Position numbers and translations under genes: made by a program
In this document: positions 7,958-16,030 of the stretch, one piece after another
How positions within the stretch are numbered: position 1 is the first letter of the stretch
Layout of the letters: every line of letters starts with the position of its first letter
Virus record (IMG/VR): IMGVR_UViG_3300020045_008981
Coordinates: 1 to 34,521 of that record
Reading direction: 5' to 3' (one strand)
Source of the DNA: a virus
Taxonomy: Duplodnaviria; Caudoviricetes
DNA length: 34,521 nucleotides
Notes under the pieces: generated by a model
What the model was told of the DNA's origin: nothing
Databases searched by the model: none
What the model saw: the letters and a program-made list of their open reading frames with translations, nothing else

Positions 7958-8634
7958 AAATTTATAATGTTGAAATGAATCGTTTTCAATATGGTAGATT
8001 TCCAGTCTATTGTTTCTGACCCTGATTTTCTCTTTTTATCCCATCCCTTTTCTGTTATCCAATAATAATACGCTTTTTTAATTGATCTCGCATAATCTAT
8101 GTTAGGATATAGTTCTGTTACTTTCTTTTTAAGGTCTTCATTTACTTCGATTAGCTCGAAGGATTTTGAACATTTTTCCTTATAAATATCAAAATCATTT
8201 TTCCACGTCTTAATAATTGGCTCCCCTTCTTTAGTAATAGATTTATCTATTACTTCTTGTTTGTTGTTAGTTGCTTGTTGATCGCTTGTTAGTTGTTTGT
8301 TAGTTCGCTTGTTAGTCCGTTTTTCATATGTTTGATATGTATCATAATTACAGATACTTATAATCCTATATTGGTTGTTAGTCTGCATGTTGATTTCTTT
8401 AGTTTTTTCAAATTTACCTAAACATGTTCTTAATGTTTGAACTGATATTTTGGTTTCTTTTTGAAGCTGAAGTAATCCGGTTAAAAATGACCCCCGTGGA
8501 ATATCAACACCGTGCCATTTTTCTATATCATGATTCGCTTTTAACAGCATATATAAAAACAATTTAACCATTACGGGATTATCAAACCATTCCCAATCTA
8601 AAAATTTACGGTGTAATCTTATCCAACCTTCCAT
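7954..8634 (-). CDS. Phage replication initiator / replisome organiser (N-terminal winged HTH)
   Basis: MEGWIRLHRKFLDWEWF...LLKANH...RGSFLT...ISICNYDTYQ followed by a low-complexity TNK linker. Confidence 0.8.
   Translation of the reverse strand: MEGWIRLHRKFLDWEWFDNPVMVKLFLYMLLKANHDIEKWHGVDIPRGSFLTGLLQLQKETKISVQTLRTCLGKFEKTKEINMQTNNQYRIISICNYDTYQTYEKRTNKRTNKQLTSDQQATNNKQEVIDKSITKEGEPIIKTWKNDFDIYKEKCSKSFELIEVNEDLKKKVTELYPNIDYARSIKKAYYYWITEKGWDKKRKSGSETIDWKSTILKTIHFNIINL
8264..8317. repeat. Iteron-like TTGTTAGT repeats, putative replication origin
   Basis: Four TTGTTAGT copies plus one TTGTTGAT variant at 11-12 bp spacing inside the initiator gene; another copy at about 8375. Confidence 0.6.
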
Positions 8635-8667
8635 ATAGTGTATTTTGCTTTTTTTTAGGTAAAAAAA

Positions 8668-8853
8668 TTACATTGGGCAACCTAAACTTTTTATTTTCAG
8701 AATATCCATTGGTGTAAATGTGTTATCAGATATTTTATTAGTTATCGCAGCCCTGGTTACACCTAATTGTTCAGCAAGCCATACTTGCGTTAATTTCTCC
8801 CTATGTAACCAAATGAGTATCTTCTCGCTCGTTTTAAAAAGTCTCACTTCCAT
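8668..8853 (-). CDS. Small XRE/Cro-like HTH regulator
   Basis: LTQVWLAEQLGVTRAAITNKI helix-turn-helix; 61 aa. Confidence 0.8.
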   Translation of the reverse strand: MEVRLFKTSEKILIWLHREKLTQVWLAEQLGVTRAAITNKISDNTFTPMDILKIKSLGCPM

Positions 8854-8883
8854 TGTACATTGCTTTTAATTTAGGCAAATTTT

Positions 8884-8916
8884 GCCGGATCTCTCCGGCT
8901 AAACACTACAAATATA
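8884..8916 (-). promoter_or_regulatory. Promoter -7 box with 5' GNRA hairpin
   Basis: TATATTTG at 8909-8916, then GCCGGA-GAGA-TCCGGC (8884-8899) just downstream. Confidence 0.6.
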
Positions 8917-8965
8917 ATAATTAAATTTCATAAGTACCATTTTTTTCAGCCTTTTTTCTTGTCTT

Positions 8966-9163
8966 CTAATGTTTTTTTTCAAACATATTATTGGTTAATT
9001 CATCATCTGACATTTCACCAATTTCTTTGGCTGTCTGCTGTTCTAAAATATCATTTTCAGACTGAACATTATTGATTTCGTTAATGATCCACTCCTCTGT
9101 AATTTTTGAAAATGGAGCCAATCCACACGTGAAGATTTCCTCTGCTATTTGATTTGCTGTCAT
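8966..9163 (-). CDS. Hypothetical acidic protein
   Basis: Likely start MTANQ at 9163; TATATTTG box at 9194-9201. Confidence 0.55.
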   Translation of the reverse strand: MTANQIAEEIFTCGLAPFSKITEEWIINEINNVQSENDILEQQTAKEIGEMSDDELTNNMFEKKH

Positions 9164-9217
9164 ATATTCGTTTTTAATAATCAAAACATCATTCAAATAT
9201 AAAAACAGTTTTTGACA

Positions 9218-9844
9218 TTATACATCTTTTTCACGAAAAAAATTGAAGATTATTTTTTTATAGTGTTCCGTTAGTAAATTTATTTCGGCCTGATTTAGGT
9301 GCACGGTGTTGAATTTTTTAATATACAGCTTTTCAGGCGTTCCAGCTCCGTATTTTTCAATTAAACCAGCCCTATAGCCTTCCATATTGCCCTCTGAAAA
9401 TCTATTACAGCTACGACATTGTGGATTGCAATTTTGTTCGTCGAATCTGGTAGACATATGACGGCGGTTTATATAGTGCCCGCAATCAGATTTCTTCCAT
9501 TCAACAATTTTACCGCATGAAATACATTTTACCATTCCGTTTTTATCTGCGTCTCTTTGTCGGATGAATAGCGAAAATACCCTATCAAGCTCTTTGATAT
9601 TTACCCTCGCCCCTCTGCTTTTTGCTCTTGTTTTACTCAAATCCGTTTTTATACCGTTTTTAAGCGATTTAACGACCTTTCGTTTTGGATGGTGTTGTGC
9701 CTTGTTTTTATCCATTCGCTTTAAACGCTCTAAAATAACCCTGCATTCCGGGCAAAATTTCGATTGAACTAAACCATTTAGGTTTAAGATCGGCGAAAAT
9801 GGGTTTTTGCAACGTTTGCAGGGTTGTATTTTAGGGGAGTTCAT
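9218..9844 (-). CDS. ninG: NinG/Rap-family recombination nuclease
   Basis: LDRVFSLFIRQRD...CISCG...DCGHYINR...TRFDEQNCNPQCRSCNRF...GN...YRAGLI. Confidence 0.9.
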   Translation of the reverse strand: MNSPKIQPCKRCKNPFSPILNLNGLVQSKFCPECRVILERLKRMDKNKAQHHPKRKVVKSLKNGIKTDLSKTRAKSRGARVNIKELDRVFSLFIRQRDADKNGMVKCISCGKIVEWKKSDCGHYINRRHMSTRFDEQNCNPQCRSCNRFSEGNMEGYRAGLIEKYGAGTPEKLYIKKFNTVHLNQAEINLLTEHYKKIIFNFFREKDV

Positions 9845-10292
9845 TGCCGTTTTCTTTTAGTTTTTTCCAGTTTATATCCGGTTCTGGTATGTACGCTCCT
9901 AAATATTCACTGCAATGATCCCGGATTGAGTTACAATATAACATTTGATCAACTGTTTTGAATTCGGATTTTGATAGAGGTATTTTCATTATTTCGCCCG
10001 TTTCCCGGTTTAACACCTCTTTGTTAGCGAACATACATTTCCAAAAAATATCTACCTGATCGACGTTTGTAAATTCATAACCCGCATCATTAAGAGCAAT
10101 AAGAGAAAGAGGGTAAATACTACCATAAAGCCAGCCGAATTGTTCAGTAGATGCTTTTTTGTAGTATTTTTCTACTGTTATCTTGAACCGGCCTTTGGGT
10201 AGGTTGTCGAGTTCATCCCGTAATATTTTTGCAGAAATAACCCGGAACGGTTTATTTTCCTCTTTTACTCCTATTGCTTTTATTTTCTTCAT
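9831..10292 (-). CDS. NinB/Orf-like recombination protein
   Basis: STEQFGWLYG...ETGEI...SKSEF...IR...EYLGAYIPEPD; adjacent to ninG. Confidence 0.55.
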   Translation of the reverse strand: MKKIKAIGVKEENKPFRVISAKILRDELDNLPKGRFKITVEKYYKKASTEQFGWLYGSIYPLSLIALNDAGYEFTNVDQVDIFWKCMFANKEVLNRETGEIMKIPLSKSEFKTVDQMLYCNSIRDHCSEYLGAYIPEPDINWKKLKENGNELP

Positions 10293-10600
10293 TTTAGTAT
10301 TAAATGAATCCTGTTACGGTATTTAATCGAATCAGCGTCTTCAAGTCTTCTGTAATTTTGAAGGAATATTTGATAGTCCTTCATTTCGTTGCTTATCTGG
10401 TAAGCTAGTGCGCCTTCTGAGTGCCCTAAACAGTAGGAAGTAACGGCCAAATCTTCGATCTGACTGTTCTCAATTTTCTGTTTTTTTAGCTCAGCTATTT
10501 CATCCCTCAAATTTTCGTTGATAAAAAGCAAAGAAATGCAAGTAGCAGTAATAATAACAAAAGCAATGACTAAAACAATATCTGCGTAGTTGTTTTTCAT
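10289..10600 (-). CDS. Membrane-anchored hypothetical protein
   Basis: N-terminal TM helix and coiled coil; DSI sequon. Confidence 0.6.
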   Translation of the reverse strand: MKNNYADIVLVIAFVIITATCISLLFINENLRDEIAELKKQKIENSQIEDLAVTSYCLGHSEGALAYQISNEMKDYQIFLQNYRRLEDADSIKYRNRIHLILK

Positions 10601-10611
10601 GGTTGAAAATA

Positions 10612-10953
10612 TTAAAATGGTAAATCTTCTGTTTCTTTCGGTTCGTTCCCGGGAACAAATGGTTTATTAAAATTCATTTCTCCCTGCTTTGTGATTTCTA
10701 TCTTATAAGCAGATACTGAATTGTACCATTTTCCTTTGTATTCTTTCGATTCAAATGCCACGCCGCAAGTAACCAGACAGCCTATAGTGACTCCCTTAGC
10801 TTTGTCTGCCGGGAAGGCGGTAACTGTAAGATGTTCTGGATAGCGATCTGATCCAAATTTAATGGTAAAATCCTGTTTACTCCACTCTTTGCCGTTAGCT
10901 GATACGCCTGATTGGATTTCGCTAACATTAATGACTTCTCCTTTGATTTCCAT
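10612..10953 (-). CDS. DUF3127 single-stranded DNA-binding protein
   Basis: MEIKGEV...SGVSANGKEWSKQDF...YP...ESKEYKGKWYNSVSAYKI and acidic C-terminal EDLPF. Confidence 0.85.
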   Translation of the reverse strand: MEIKGEVINVSEIQSGVSANGKEWSKQDFTIKFGSDRYPEHLTVTAFPADKAKGVTIGCLVTCGVAFESKEYKGKWYNSVSAYKIEITKQGEMNFNKPFVPGNEPKETEDLPF

Positions 10954-11599
10954 TGAATAGATGATTTAATTTTTTGTAATTAACAAATTCTAAAAGTCGA
11001 TAAAGTAAGTAGTGTATGTCGTCATTCATGCGATAATATGACATACAGTTAATAGGTTCGTATCTTTTAAGTCCAAGCCCCGAAACGTCATAGCCGTTTT
11101 TATCTTTGTCATACCCAATAAACTGGAAAACATCAAAAATAAACTCAGGAACCTGAAAAATATCACAATAAAATCGCCACTGACATGACCGGGTATAATC
11201 TTCAATACTTCGCAGATCGGAATATTTTGTTTTGATGTCCCGGATTATATTTCCGTGCAACACGTCACACGCCCCACTTACGCTAATAGTTTCACCGCAA
11301 ATCTGATAGTTTTTTGACATCCTGACTTCATGGAAGCAACCTTTTATTTCTTCTTTGTATTGCAAGGCCGTGTCTATTTGCTGCTGATTGTAAGTAATAG
11401 GTATCTGGTCAATCATTAACTGATTGTTTTTGGTTATATCACCTTTTTCGACCAGTAAATGAAACCCGGTTCCGATTCTGGTGTATTCGTTTCCCTGAAA
11501 AACCCCCGACCACGATTCGATCAGGGATTCTTCTGTTGCATACGGTTCACCATCGACGAACCGCCTGAATGCCTCAATTTGGGTTACTCTGAATTGCAT
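10928..11599 (-). CDS. PD-(D/E)XK / Cas4-like exonuclease
   Basis: Likely start MQFRVTQIEAFRRF; GTGFHLLVE, SGACD...IRDIKT, SCQWRFY. Confidence 0.75.
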   Translation of the reverse strand: MQFRVTQIEAFRRFVDGEPYATEESLIESWSGVFQGNEYTRIGTGFHLLVEKGDITKNNQLMIDQIPITYNQQQIDTALQYKEEIKGCFHEVRMSKNYQICGETISVSGACDVLHGNIIRDIKTKYSDLRSIEDYTRSCQWRFYCDIFQVPEFIFDVFQFIGYDKDKNGYDVSGLGLKRYEPINCMSYYRMNDDIHYLLYRLLEFVNYKKLNHLFNGNQRRSH

Positions 11600-12485
11600 C
11601 TTCTTTGTATTGAAATACTTTAGACACCTTGTTCCATTCGATGTTTTGTTCAGTGCATTTTTCTTCAAATGATTTCCTGAACGCAACAACATGAGAAGCG
11701 GGAAGCAATTTTATTAGCCCGGCGACCCTTGCGGCGTTTTCAGGTGAATCAATACTGGAAAGTTCTTTTTGTACACTTTCGATCTTTTCGAGCAGCTCAC
11801 GCTGTTCTTCTGTCTTTTCCTGAATTGAGCTTTTTACCTTTTTGATTATCTCGGCCATAAATGTTTTGAACATCAGATCAGTTTCATCCGGTACTGTCAA
11901 TAGCGGGAAGCGTGCTACGTTTTTACCAATTGTTTTATCTGTCGGGTTGAAATTGATTGTACGCTGGTTATTGTCCATGTACATATATCCAACTTGATCT
12001 GCGATTCTCAAAAGCAAGTCTTTTGACCCACCTGTAACATCCGGGCTTATACGGGTAACGTCACCGTCTTTTTCTTCCTTTGCGTGTGCAATAATTACAA
12101 TGTCCAGCTTTTCGCCACGTCTACGGTTAATGAACAACTTGAATTCGTCTGCAATAGCTCCATAGGCTTTTAGCTTGTTCTTTTTCAGGTTGTAGTCCTG
12201 CTCAATCACATATGACATCAAAAAGTCATCAAGAACACTTTTAGCGGTGTCAATTCCGAGGGTGGAATAGTTTTTAATATCCCCTTCATCCTGCATTACT
12301 TCTTTCCAGTTTGAGGCAATTATAGTATCCTGCCTGTACACTGATCTGTCTGCCCCACGGTCACAGTCCAAAAGGATTGGTTTTTCTGAAGTGTTAAACA
12401 CACTTGTTTTTCCAACGCCTGCACTTCCATAGATCAGGATGATAACAGGTCTTTCCGGAAATGAATCTTCTCTTTTTACTATCAT
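11574..12485 (-). CDS. Sak4-like AAA ATPase / ssDNA annealing protein
   Basis: LIYGSAGVGKT Walker A, LLDCDRG, GIDT, IIAH, ADQVGY, GKN; followed by exonuclease and SSB genes. Confidence 0.8.
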   Translation of the reverse strand: MIVKREDSFPERPVIILIYGSAGVGKTSVFNTSEKPILLDCDRGADRSVYRQDTIIASNWKEVMQDEGDIKNYSTLGIDTAKSVLDDFLMSYVIEQDYNLKKNKLKAYGAIADEFKLFINRRRGEKLDIVIIAHAKEEKDGDVTRISPDVTGGSKDLLLRIADQVGYMYMDNNQRTINFNPTDKTIGKNVARFPLLTVPDETDLMFKTFMAEIIKKVKSSIQEKTEEQRELLEKIESVQKELSSIDSPENAARVAGLIKLLPASHVVAFRKSFEEKCTEQNIEWNKVSKVFQYKEDAIQSNPN

Positions 12486-12560
12486 TTTTCGTTTTTATTT
12501 TGGCCTCTTTTACGCTTTGGCCGTTGCTTTAATTGTGCTTTGAAATTACTTAATTATTCG

Positions 12561-12899
12561 TTATGTTGTTTGATTTTTAGTATGTTGTAAAACATATTTT
12601 TGCTTTATTATTTTGGGTATCCCAGTTGATTCATAAAGATTCCTGAAATACTTACAACATCCAGATTTTCCGTTACGTGGTTTATACATCGAGCAGAATT
12701 TTCCACACCCATCACCCATTGGGGCCTTTTCTCCAATTTCACCAAATTCATGACAAAAGAAATAATCTTTATCGGATGAAACCTTTGCGGCAAAAACTTT
12801 TCTTTCTGTTTCTCCGTTCTCTATCATTTGTTTTCTGTGCCCCTTAATTGTGTAGCAGATATTTTCATCCTCGTTATCTGGAAAATAATACTTTGCCAT
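12561..12899 (-). CDS. Cys-rich hypothetical protein
   Basis: FFCHEFGE...CGKFCSMYKPRNGKSGCCKY, putative Zn binding. Confidence 0.7.
   Translation of the reverse strand: MAKYYFPDNEDENICYTIKGHRKQMIENGETERKVFAAKVSSDKDYFFCHEFGEIGEKAPMGDGCGKFCSMYKPRNGKSGCCKYFRNLYESTGIPKIIKQKYVLQHTKNQTT
12583..12594. promoter_or_regulatory. Palindromic operator-like motif TGTTGTAAAACA
   Basis: Repeated 12-mer about 100 bp upstream of the Sak4-like gene. Confidence 0.5.
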
Positions 12900-12901
12900 T
12901 T

Positions 12902-13135
12902 TTACAAATCGTTAATTTCGTTTATAATCTGCTCTTTCGTTGAGATTTTTAGCCTGAGGCCTAATACTTGACGGATTTTGTCAAGTTTGCTGAGATTCAA
13001 AAAATCGAAAATATCAACTATTTCGCTAACATCTTCGGAATTTATCCGTTCTCTTCGTTTCGTAATTTCTTTGAGAAGTGCATTGGTTGACGCTTCGTCA
13101 AGATAGTAGTCTACATTTATGTCAATTTGTGCCAT
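12902..13135 (-). CDS. Hypothetical protein
   Basis: Likely start MAQIDINVDYYLDEAST (track start 13153); tiles with neighbours. Confidence 0.65.
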   Translation of the reverse strand: MAQIDINVDYYLDEASTNALLKEITKRRERINSEDVSEIVDIFDFLNLSKLDKIRQVLGLRLKISTKEQIINEINDL

Positions 13136-13442
13136 TTTCTTCTGTTTTTTCAATGATTTTAAAAGGCTCTTTCAATCCTTTAATTTCACGCTCTTGCAGT
13201 GCTATCACGTTCTCAAAGTCGCTGTTTTCGACCTGTACCCGCATTAGCTCACGCTCCCGGTCTTTCAGTATGTTTTTGACTTCGATCAATTCCAGCCTGG
13301 TTTCAAAGTCGGCTTTTCGTCTGTGCAAAATCGATTCCCTGAGTAGTTCGTTTTGAGTGCACTGATTGCAAAATAACTGTTCGTATTGCTTTGCTAACTT
13401 TCTGTATTTCAGTGCTGATTTTAGAAAAAGTTTGATTGTCAT
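13122..13442 (-). CDS. Coiled-coil hypothetical protein
   Basis: E/K/R/L-rich heptads; ATGA overlap. Confidence 0.65.
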   Translation of the reverse strand: MTIKLFLKSALKYRKLAKQYEQLFCNQCTQNELLRESILHRRKADFETRLELIEVKNILKDRERELMRVQVENSDFENVIALQEREIKGLKEPFKIIEKTEENGTN

Positions 13443-13651
13443 TGCAGTATGGTTTTAAGTACTAATTTTTTGATTCTGTTGTAGGAAAATTCGGTTATTT
13501 CAACCCTTTCGTCTTCACTGTACATTAGTGTTTTCTGAATATGTATTCCAAATCTATGCGGGAAAAAGGCAATCGTCTCGTAATTACCATCTTCTTTTTG
13601 ATGATACACTAATGATGATTCGGGGTGAAGCCTGTAATATTTCGTTTTCAT
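13439..13651 (-). CDS. Hypothetical protein
   Basis: 70-aa ORF with ATGA overlaps on both sides. Confidence 0.65.
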   Translation of the reverse strand: MKTKYYRLHPESSLVYHQKEDGNYETIAFFPHRFGIHIQKTLMYSEDERVEITEFSYNRIKKLVLKTILQ

Positions 13652-13944
13652 AATGTTGCTTTATTAATAGCTGATTCTGCAATTTCAAAAGCAATCTGCT
13701 CCGATCTTTTTAACATTCCACCTTTGTAAATTACAGATTTACAAAAAATAAGTGCCTCAAATAATTCGGGTGCGGTAGCGATAAGTTTTGCATTTGCCTC
13801 CATTTCTTCTCTTGTGATTACGTTAACCCCTGTGTTTTTTTCCCACCTACAAATACCAGCGGTAGTGTCTCCAATATTAACCTCACAAGATCCATCATCT
13901 CCACCTACATAATTCCAATTTCCTTTTGTAAAATTTGTTTTCAT
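13648..13944 (-). CDS. Conserved phage early protein (T.G.W...ANA.LIA.APEL type)
   Basis: Likely start MKTNFTKGNW; EANAKLIATAPELFEAL. Confidence 0.75.
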   Translation of the reverse strand: MKTNFTKGNWNYVGGDDGSCEVNIGDTTAGICRWEKNTGVNVITREEMEANAKLIATAPELFEALIFCKSVIYKGGMLKRSEQIAFEIAESAINKATL

Positions 13945-13945
13945 A

Positions 13946-14152
13946 TCAATAATATATTTGGTGCATTTCATCCATTTCCCTGCGATATCTTGCAGCAGCA
14001 TCGTCTAACTGATCTTTTGTGTAAAATTCTTCTGGTGGCTTCTGGTCACAGTAGGATGGGCAGTAAGTGTTTGCGCAAAAGATCAGGCCGTTGGTTAGTC
14101 TTACCAGTCGATCACCGTGGCAAGTTTGGCAGGTTTGTTCGTCGTTACTCAT
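13946..14152 (-). CDS. Small Zn-ribbon protein
   Basis: CQTCHG...FCANTYCP; first gene after promoter 14181-14212. Confidence 0.65.
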   Translation of the reverse strand: MSNDEQTCQTCHGDRLVRLTNGLIFCANTYCPSYCDQKPPEEFYTKDQLDDAAARYRREMDEMHQIYY

Positions 14153-14180
14153 TTCTCGTTTCGTTTTAATAATTAATATT

Positions 14181-14234
14181 CAAATCTACAAAATTGACCC
14201 ATAACGATCAAATTATTTTGTATGTTGTACAGCA
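14181..14234 (-). promoter_or_regulatory. Bacteroidota consensus promoter with upstream operator
   Basis: TTTG (14209-14212), N20, TAGATTTG (14181-14188); TGTTGTACAGCA at 14223-14234. Confidence 0.7.
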
Positions 14235-14237
14235 TTT

Positions 14238-14375
14238 TTAGTTCATTTTTCGATAGTTACGATTCGTGTCTGTCAATTCGTCATTTCGTTCACTTCTTGC
14301 GATGATGATCCCGCCAATTACTGATATTACCAGCACGCACAGGATAAGGATAACGGTTTTAATTTCTGGTGTCAT
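14238..14375 (-). CDS. Small membrane protein (45 aa)
   Basis: Hand-translated MTPEIKTVILILCVLVISVIGGIIIARSERNDELTDTNRNYRKMN; ATGA overlap. Confidence 0.55.
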   Translation of the reverse strand: MTPEIKTVILILCVLVISVIGGIIIARSERNDELTDTNRNYRKMN

Positions 14376-14734
14376 AGCTTTGATTTTATAAGGTTTTCAA
14401 ACATTTTGTGGATTTTCTCTTTGCCGCCAAGTAGTTTGATGGTTTCAAGTTCCAACCAAACGCCTGGGACTAGGTATTTTTTCTTTTCGGCCTCCAACGG
14501 CTTGCGCCCGCAACCTTGCCTGATCCCGCCACGTTGTGAAATTGGCGGGAGACTTCCAGGTACACCGGCACACAATCCGTAAGGGAAGGCCGTTTTTCGC
14601 CTCACTGCTTTATGTTTGTTTTGATAGAGCACGTGGATCACATTTTCCCAAGAAAGTGGCTCAAATCGTTCCTTTGCATGGTCAATGACTTTATATGATC
14701 CGGGTGGTAATTTTGAAATTTCCAAAAGTTTCAT
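14372..14734 (-). CDS. Hypothetical DNA-binding protein
   Basis: RGGIRQGCGRKP motif (RGGxRxGAGRK type) followed by a short strand-helix-helix-like tail. Confidence 0.6.
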   Translation of the reverse strand: MKLLEISKLPPGSYKVIDHAKERFEPLSWENVIHVLYQNKHKAVRRKTAFPYGLCAGVPGSLPPISQRGGIRQGCGRKPLEAEKKKYLVPGVWLELETIKLLGGKEKIHKMFENLIKSKL

Positions 14735-14802
14735 AATATGATTGAGATTATAATTAGCGAAATTGCTAAAATGGTTAATGACCAGTCGATTTTATTTTTC
14801 AT
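14731..14802 (-). CDS. Hydrophobic micropeptide (23 aa)
   Basis: MKNKIDWSLTILAISLIIISIIL; ATGA overlaps on both sides. Confidence 0.45.
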   Translation of the reverse strand: MKNKIDWSLTILAISLIIISIIL

Positions 14803-14972
14803 AGCTTAACAAATTTTAGTTCTGATATTTCAATGTTGTGTATTATCTCGGTGCAGCGCCTCGTTGTAGTGAGCTTTTTAATTGTAACCTTTTCGTCTGG
14901 TTCTACTCTTAAAATAGTGTATAATTTGTTGTTATACCTAACCAGATTCCCGATTCTTTCGTCCTTTTTCAT
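14799..14972 (-). CDS. Small hypothetical protein (57 aa)
   Basis: Hand-translated MKKDERIGNLVRYNNKLYTILRVEPDEKVTIKKL...; ATGA overlaps. Confidence 0.6.
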   Translation of the reverse strand: MKKDERIGNLVRYNNKLYTILRVEPDEKVTIKKLTTTRRCTEIIHNIEISELKFVKL

Positions 14973-15049
14973 TTCGTTTGATTTTTTGGCAGGACAAAAG
15001 CTAATAGCAGCAGCCCTGCGATGATTAAGATTAATGTTAGTGCATTCAT
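14969..15049 (-). CDS. Hydrophobic micropeptide (26 aa)
   Basis: MNALTLILIIAGLLLLAFVLPKNQTK; A-run before ATG, ATGA overlap downstream. Confidence 0.45.
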   Translation of the reverse strand: MNALTLILIIAGLLLLAFVLPKNQTK

Positions 15050-15085
15050 TTTTTTTGCCCGTTAAGTCGTTAGCGCATCTGTTAA

Positions 15086-15262
15086 TTATTTAATTGTATA
15101 AAATTTTGCTTCATTTTCAAAAACACACATTGAACCTCTTCTGCCTCTTGCCTCCCAAATACCATCATCATATTTTGATGTAATTGTGAATTCAAAACCT
15201 TCTACGGTTACCAATGTTGTACCTACTTTAAAATCTTCTGTTGTTGCTGTTTTAGTTTTCAT
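15086..15262 (-). CDS. Small hypothetical early protein (58 aa)
   Basis: Likely start MKTKTATTEDFKVG at 15262; the track's longer start runs through the promoter. Confidence 0.65.
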   Translation of the reverse strand: MKTKTATTEDFKVGTTLVTVEGFEFTITSKYDDGIWEARGRRGSMCVFENEAKFYTIK

Positions 15263-15288
15263 CTTGTTTCGTTTTAAATTTGATACTG

Positions 15289-15363
15289 TAAATATAATAA
15301 GATTTATTTGATTGTGCAAATGTTTTATCATATTTTTTTCATTAAAAAACATGTTATGCAACA
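15289..15363 (-). promoter_or_regulatory. Early promoter with upstream operator
   Basis: TTTG (15317-15320), N20, TATATTTA (15289-15296); TGTTATGCAACA at 15352-15363. Confidence 0.65.
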
Positions 15364-15413
15364 GTTTTTTGTGGTTAGGCAATTATATTTTATCTGCGTA
15401 GCCTAAACAACTC

Positions 15414-15486
15414 AGAAAAAAGAAGAAAAGAAAACGGGGAAAAGAAAAGAAGAAAAAAGAAGATGTAAGAAAAAAGACAGAAAAAA
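15414..15486. repeat. Polypurine/polypyrimidine tract
   Basis: 73 nt with only four pyrimidines on the + strand (GAAAA/GAA units). Confidence 0.85.
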
Positions 15487-15568
15487 TGTCACCTGTTCCA
15501 AGTGTTGGTGTTACACAAGTTTCGATTTCCTTACCTCTCTTTAATCACAGTAGAGCGTGAAAATTAGT

Positions 15569-15718
15569 TTATTTTCCCCGCTGCTCTGCTAATCGCTCGA
15601 TCTGTTTAATTCTCCGATCTTTGCGAATATCTGACATCCAGTTTAATACCTGAGTAATTTCAATTTGCTGATACCCTCTTTTTTGTAGGTCTTTTAGTCT
15701 CTTTTCTAATTCATTCAT
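15569..15718 (-). CDS. Small helical hypothetical protein (49 aa)
   Basis: Hand-translated MNELEKRLKDLQKRGYQQIEITQVLNWMSDIRKDRRIKQIERLAEQRGK; follows the structured leader. Confidence 0.6.
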   Translation of the reverse strand: MNELEKRLKDLQKRGYQQIEITQVLNWMSDIRKDRRIKQIERLAEQRGK

Positions 15719-15736
15719 AACTTCCTAAAATGCACA

Positions 15737-15826
15737 AAGCCCAAATAAAAGTACGGCACTACTTTCATTCGAGCTTCGCAGGTTTATTAAAACCTGTAAA
15801 TATTTTTATATCAAAGTGCCGTTTGA
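15737..15826 (-). ncRNA. Structured cis-regulatory leader RNA (17-bp hairpin with loop-complementary 5' segment)
   Basis: AAGCUCGAAUGAAAGUA-GUGCCG-UACUUUUAUUUGGGCUU pairs fully with three G-U on the minus strand. 5' ACGGCACU (15815-15822) is complementary to the loop. A 7-bp hairpin lies between (15779-15796). Confidence 0.6.
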
Positions 15827-15831
15827 CAATG

Positions 15832-15839
15832 CAAATATA
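15832..15839 (-). promoter_or_regulatory. Promoter -7 box TATATTTG
   Basis: Exact TAnnTTTG immediately upstream of the structured leader. Confidence 0.6.
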
Positions 15840-15871
15840 AATAATATTTCAATAGGTTGTTACTGTTAGGC

Positions 15872-15905
15872 AAAAAATAAAGCTACCTCTATATGAAGTA
15901 GCTTT
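15872..15905 (-). terminator. Intrinsic terminator
   Basis: AAAGCUACUUC-AUAUA-GAGGUAGCUUU then AUUUUUU; one G-U pair fits the minus strand. Confidence 0.7.
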
Positions 15906-16030
15906 TAAAATAATTTGATGCACCAGGGCTGTTTTCTCTTAAGATTTGTTTGAATAGCGATAAGGTGGTGATCTCATTGGCTTCTCTTTAATTGGTTTGT
16001 GCACTATTGCATATAGGTAATTCAGTAGAT

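Noticed and set aside
8264-8317. CRISPR-like or mini-array
   Set aside because: Units are 11-12 bp with no spacers and lie in a coding linker; better explained as iterons.
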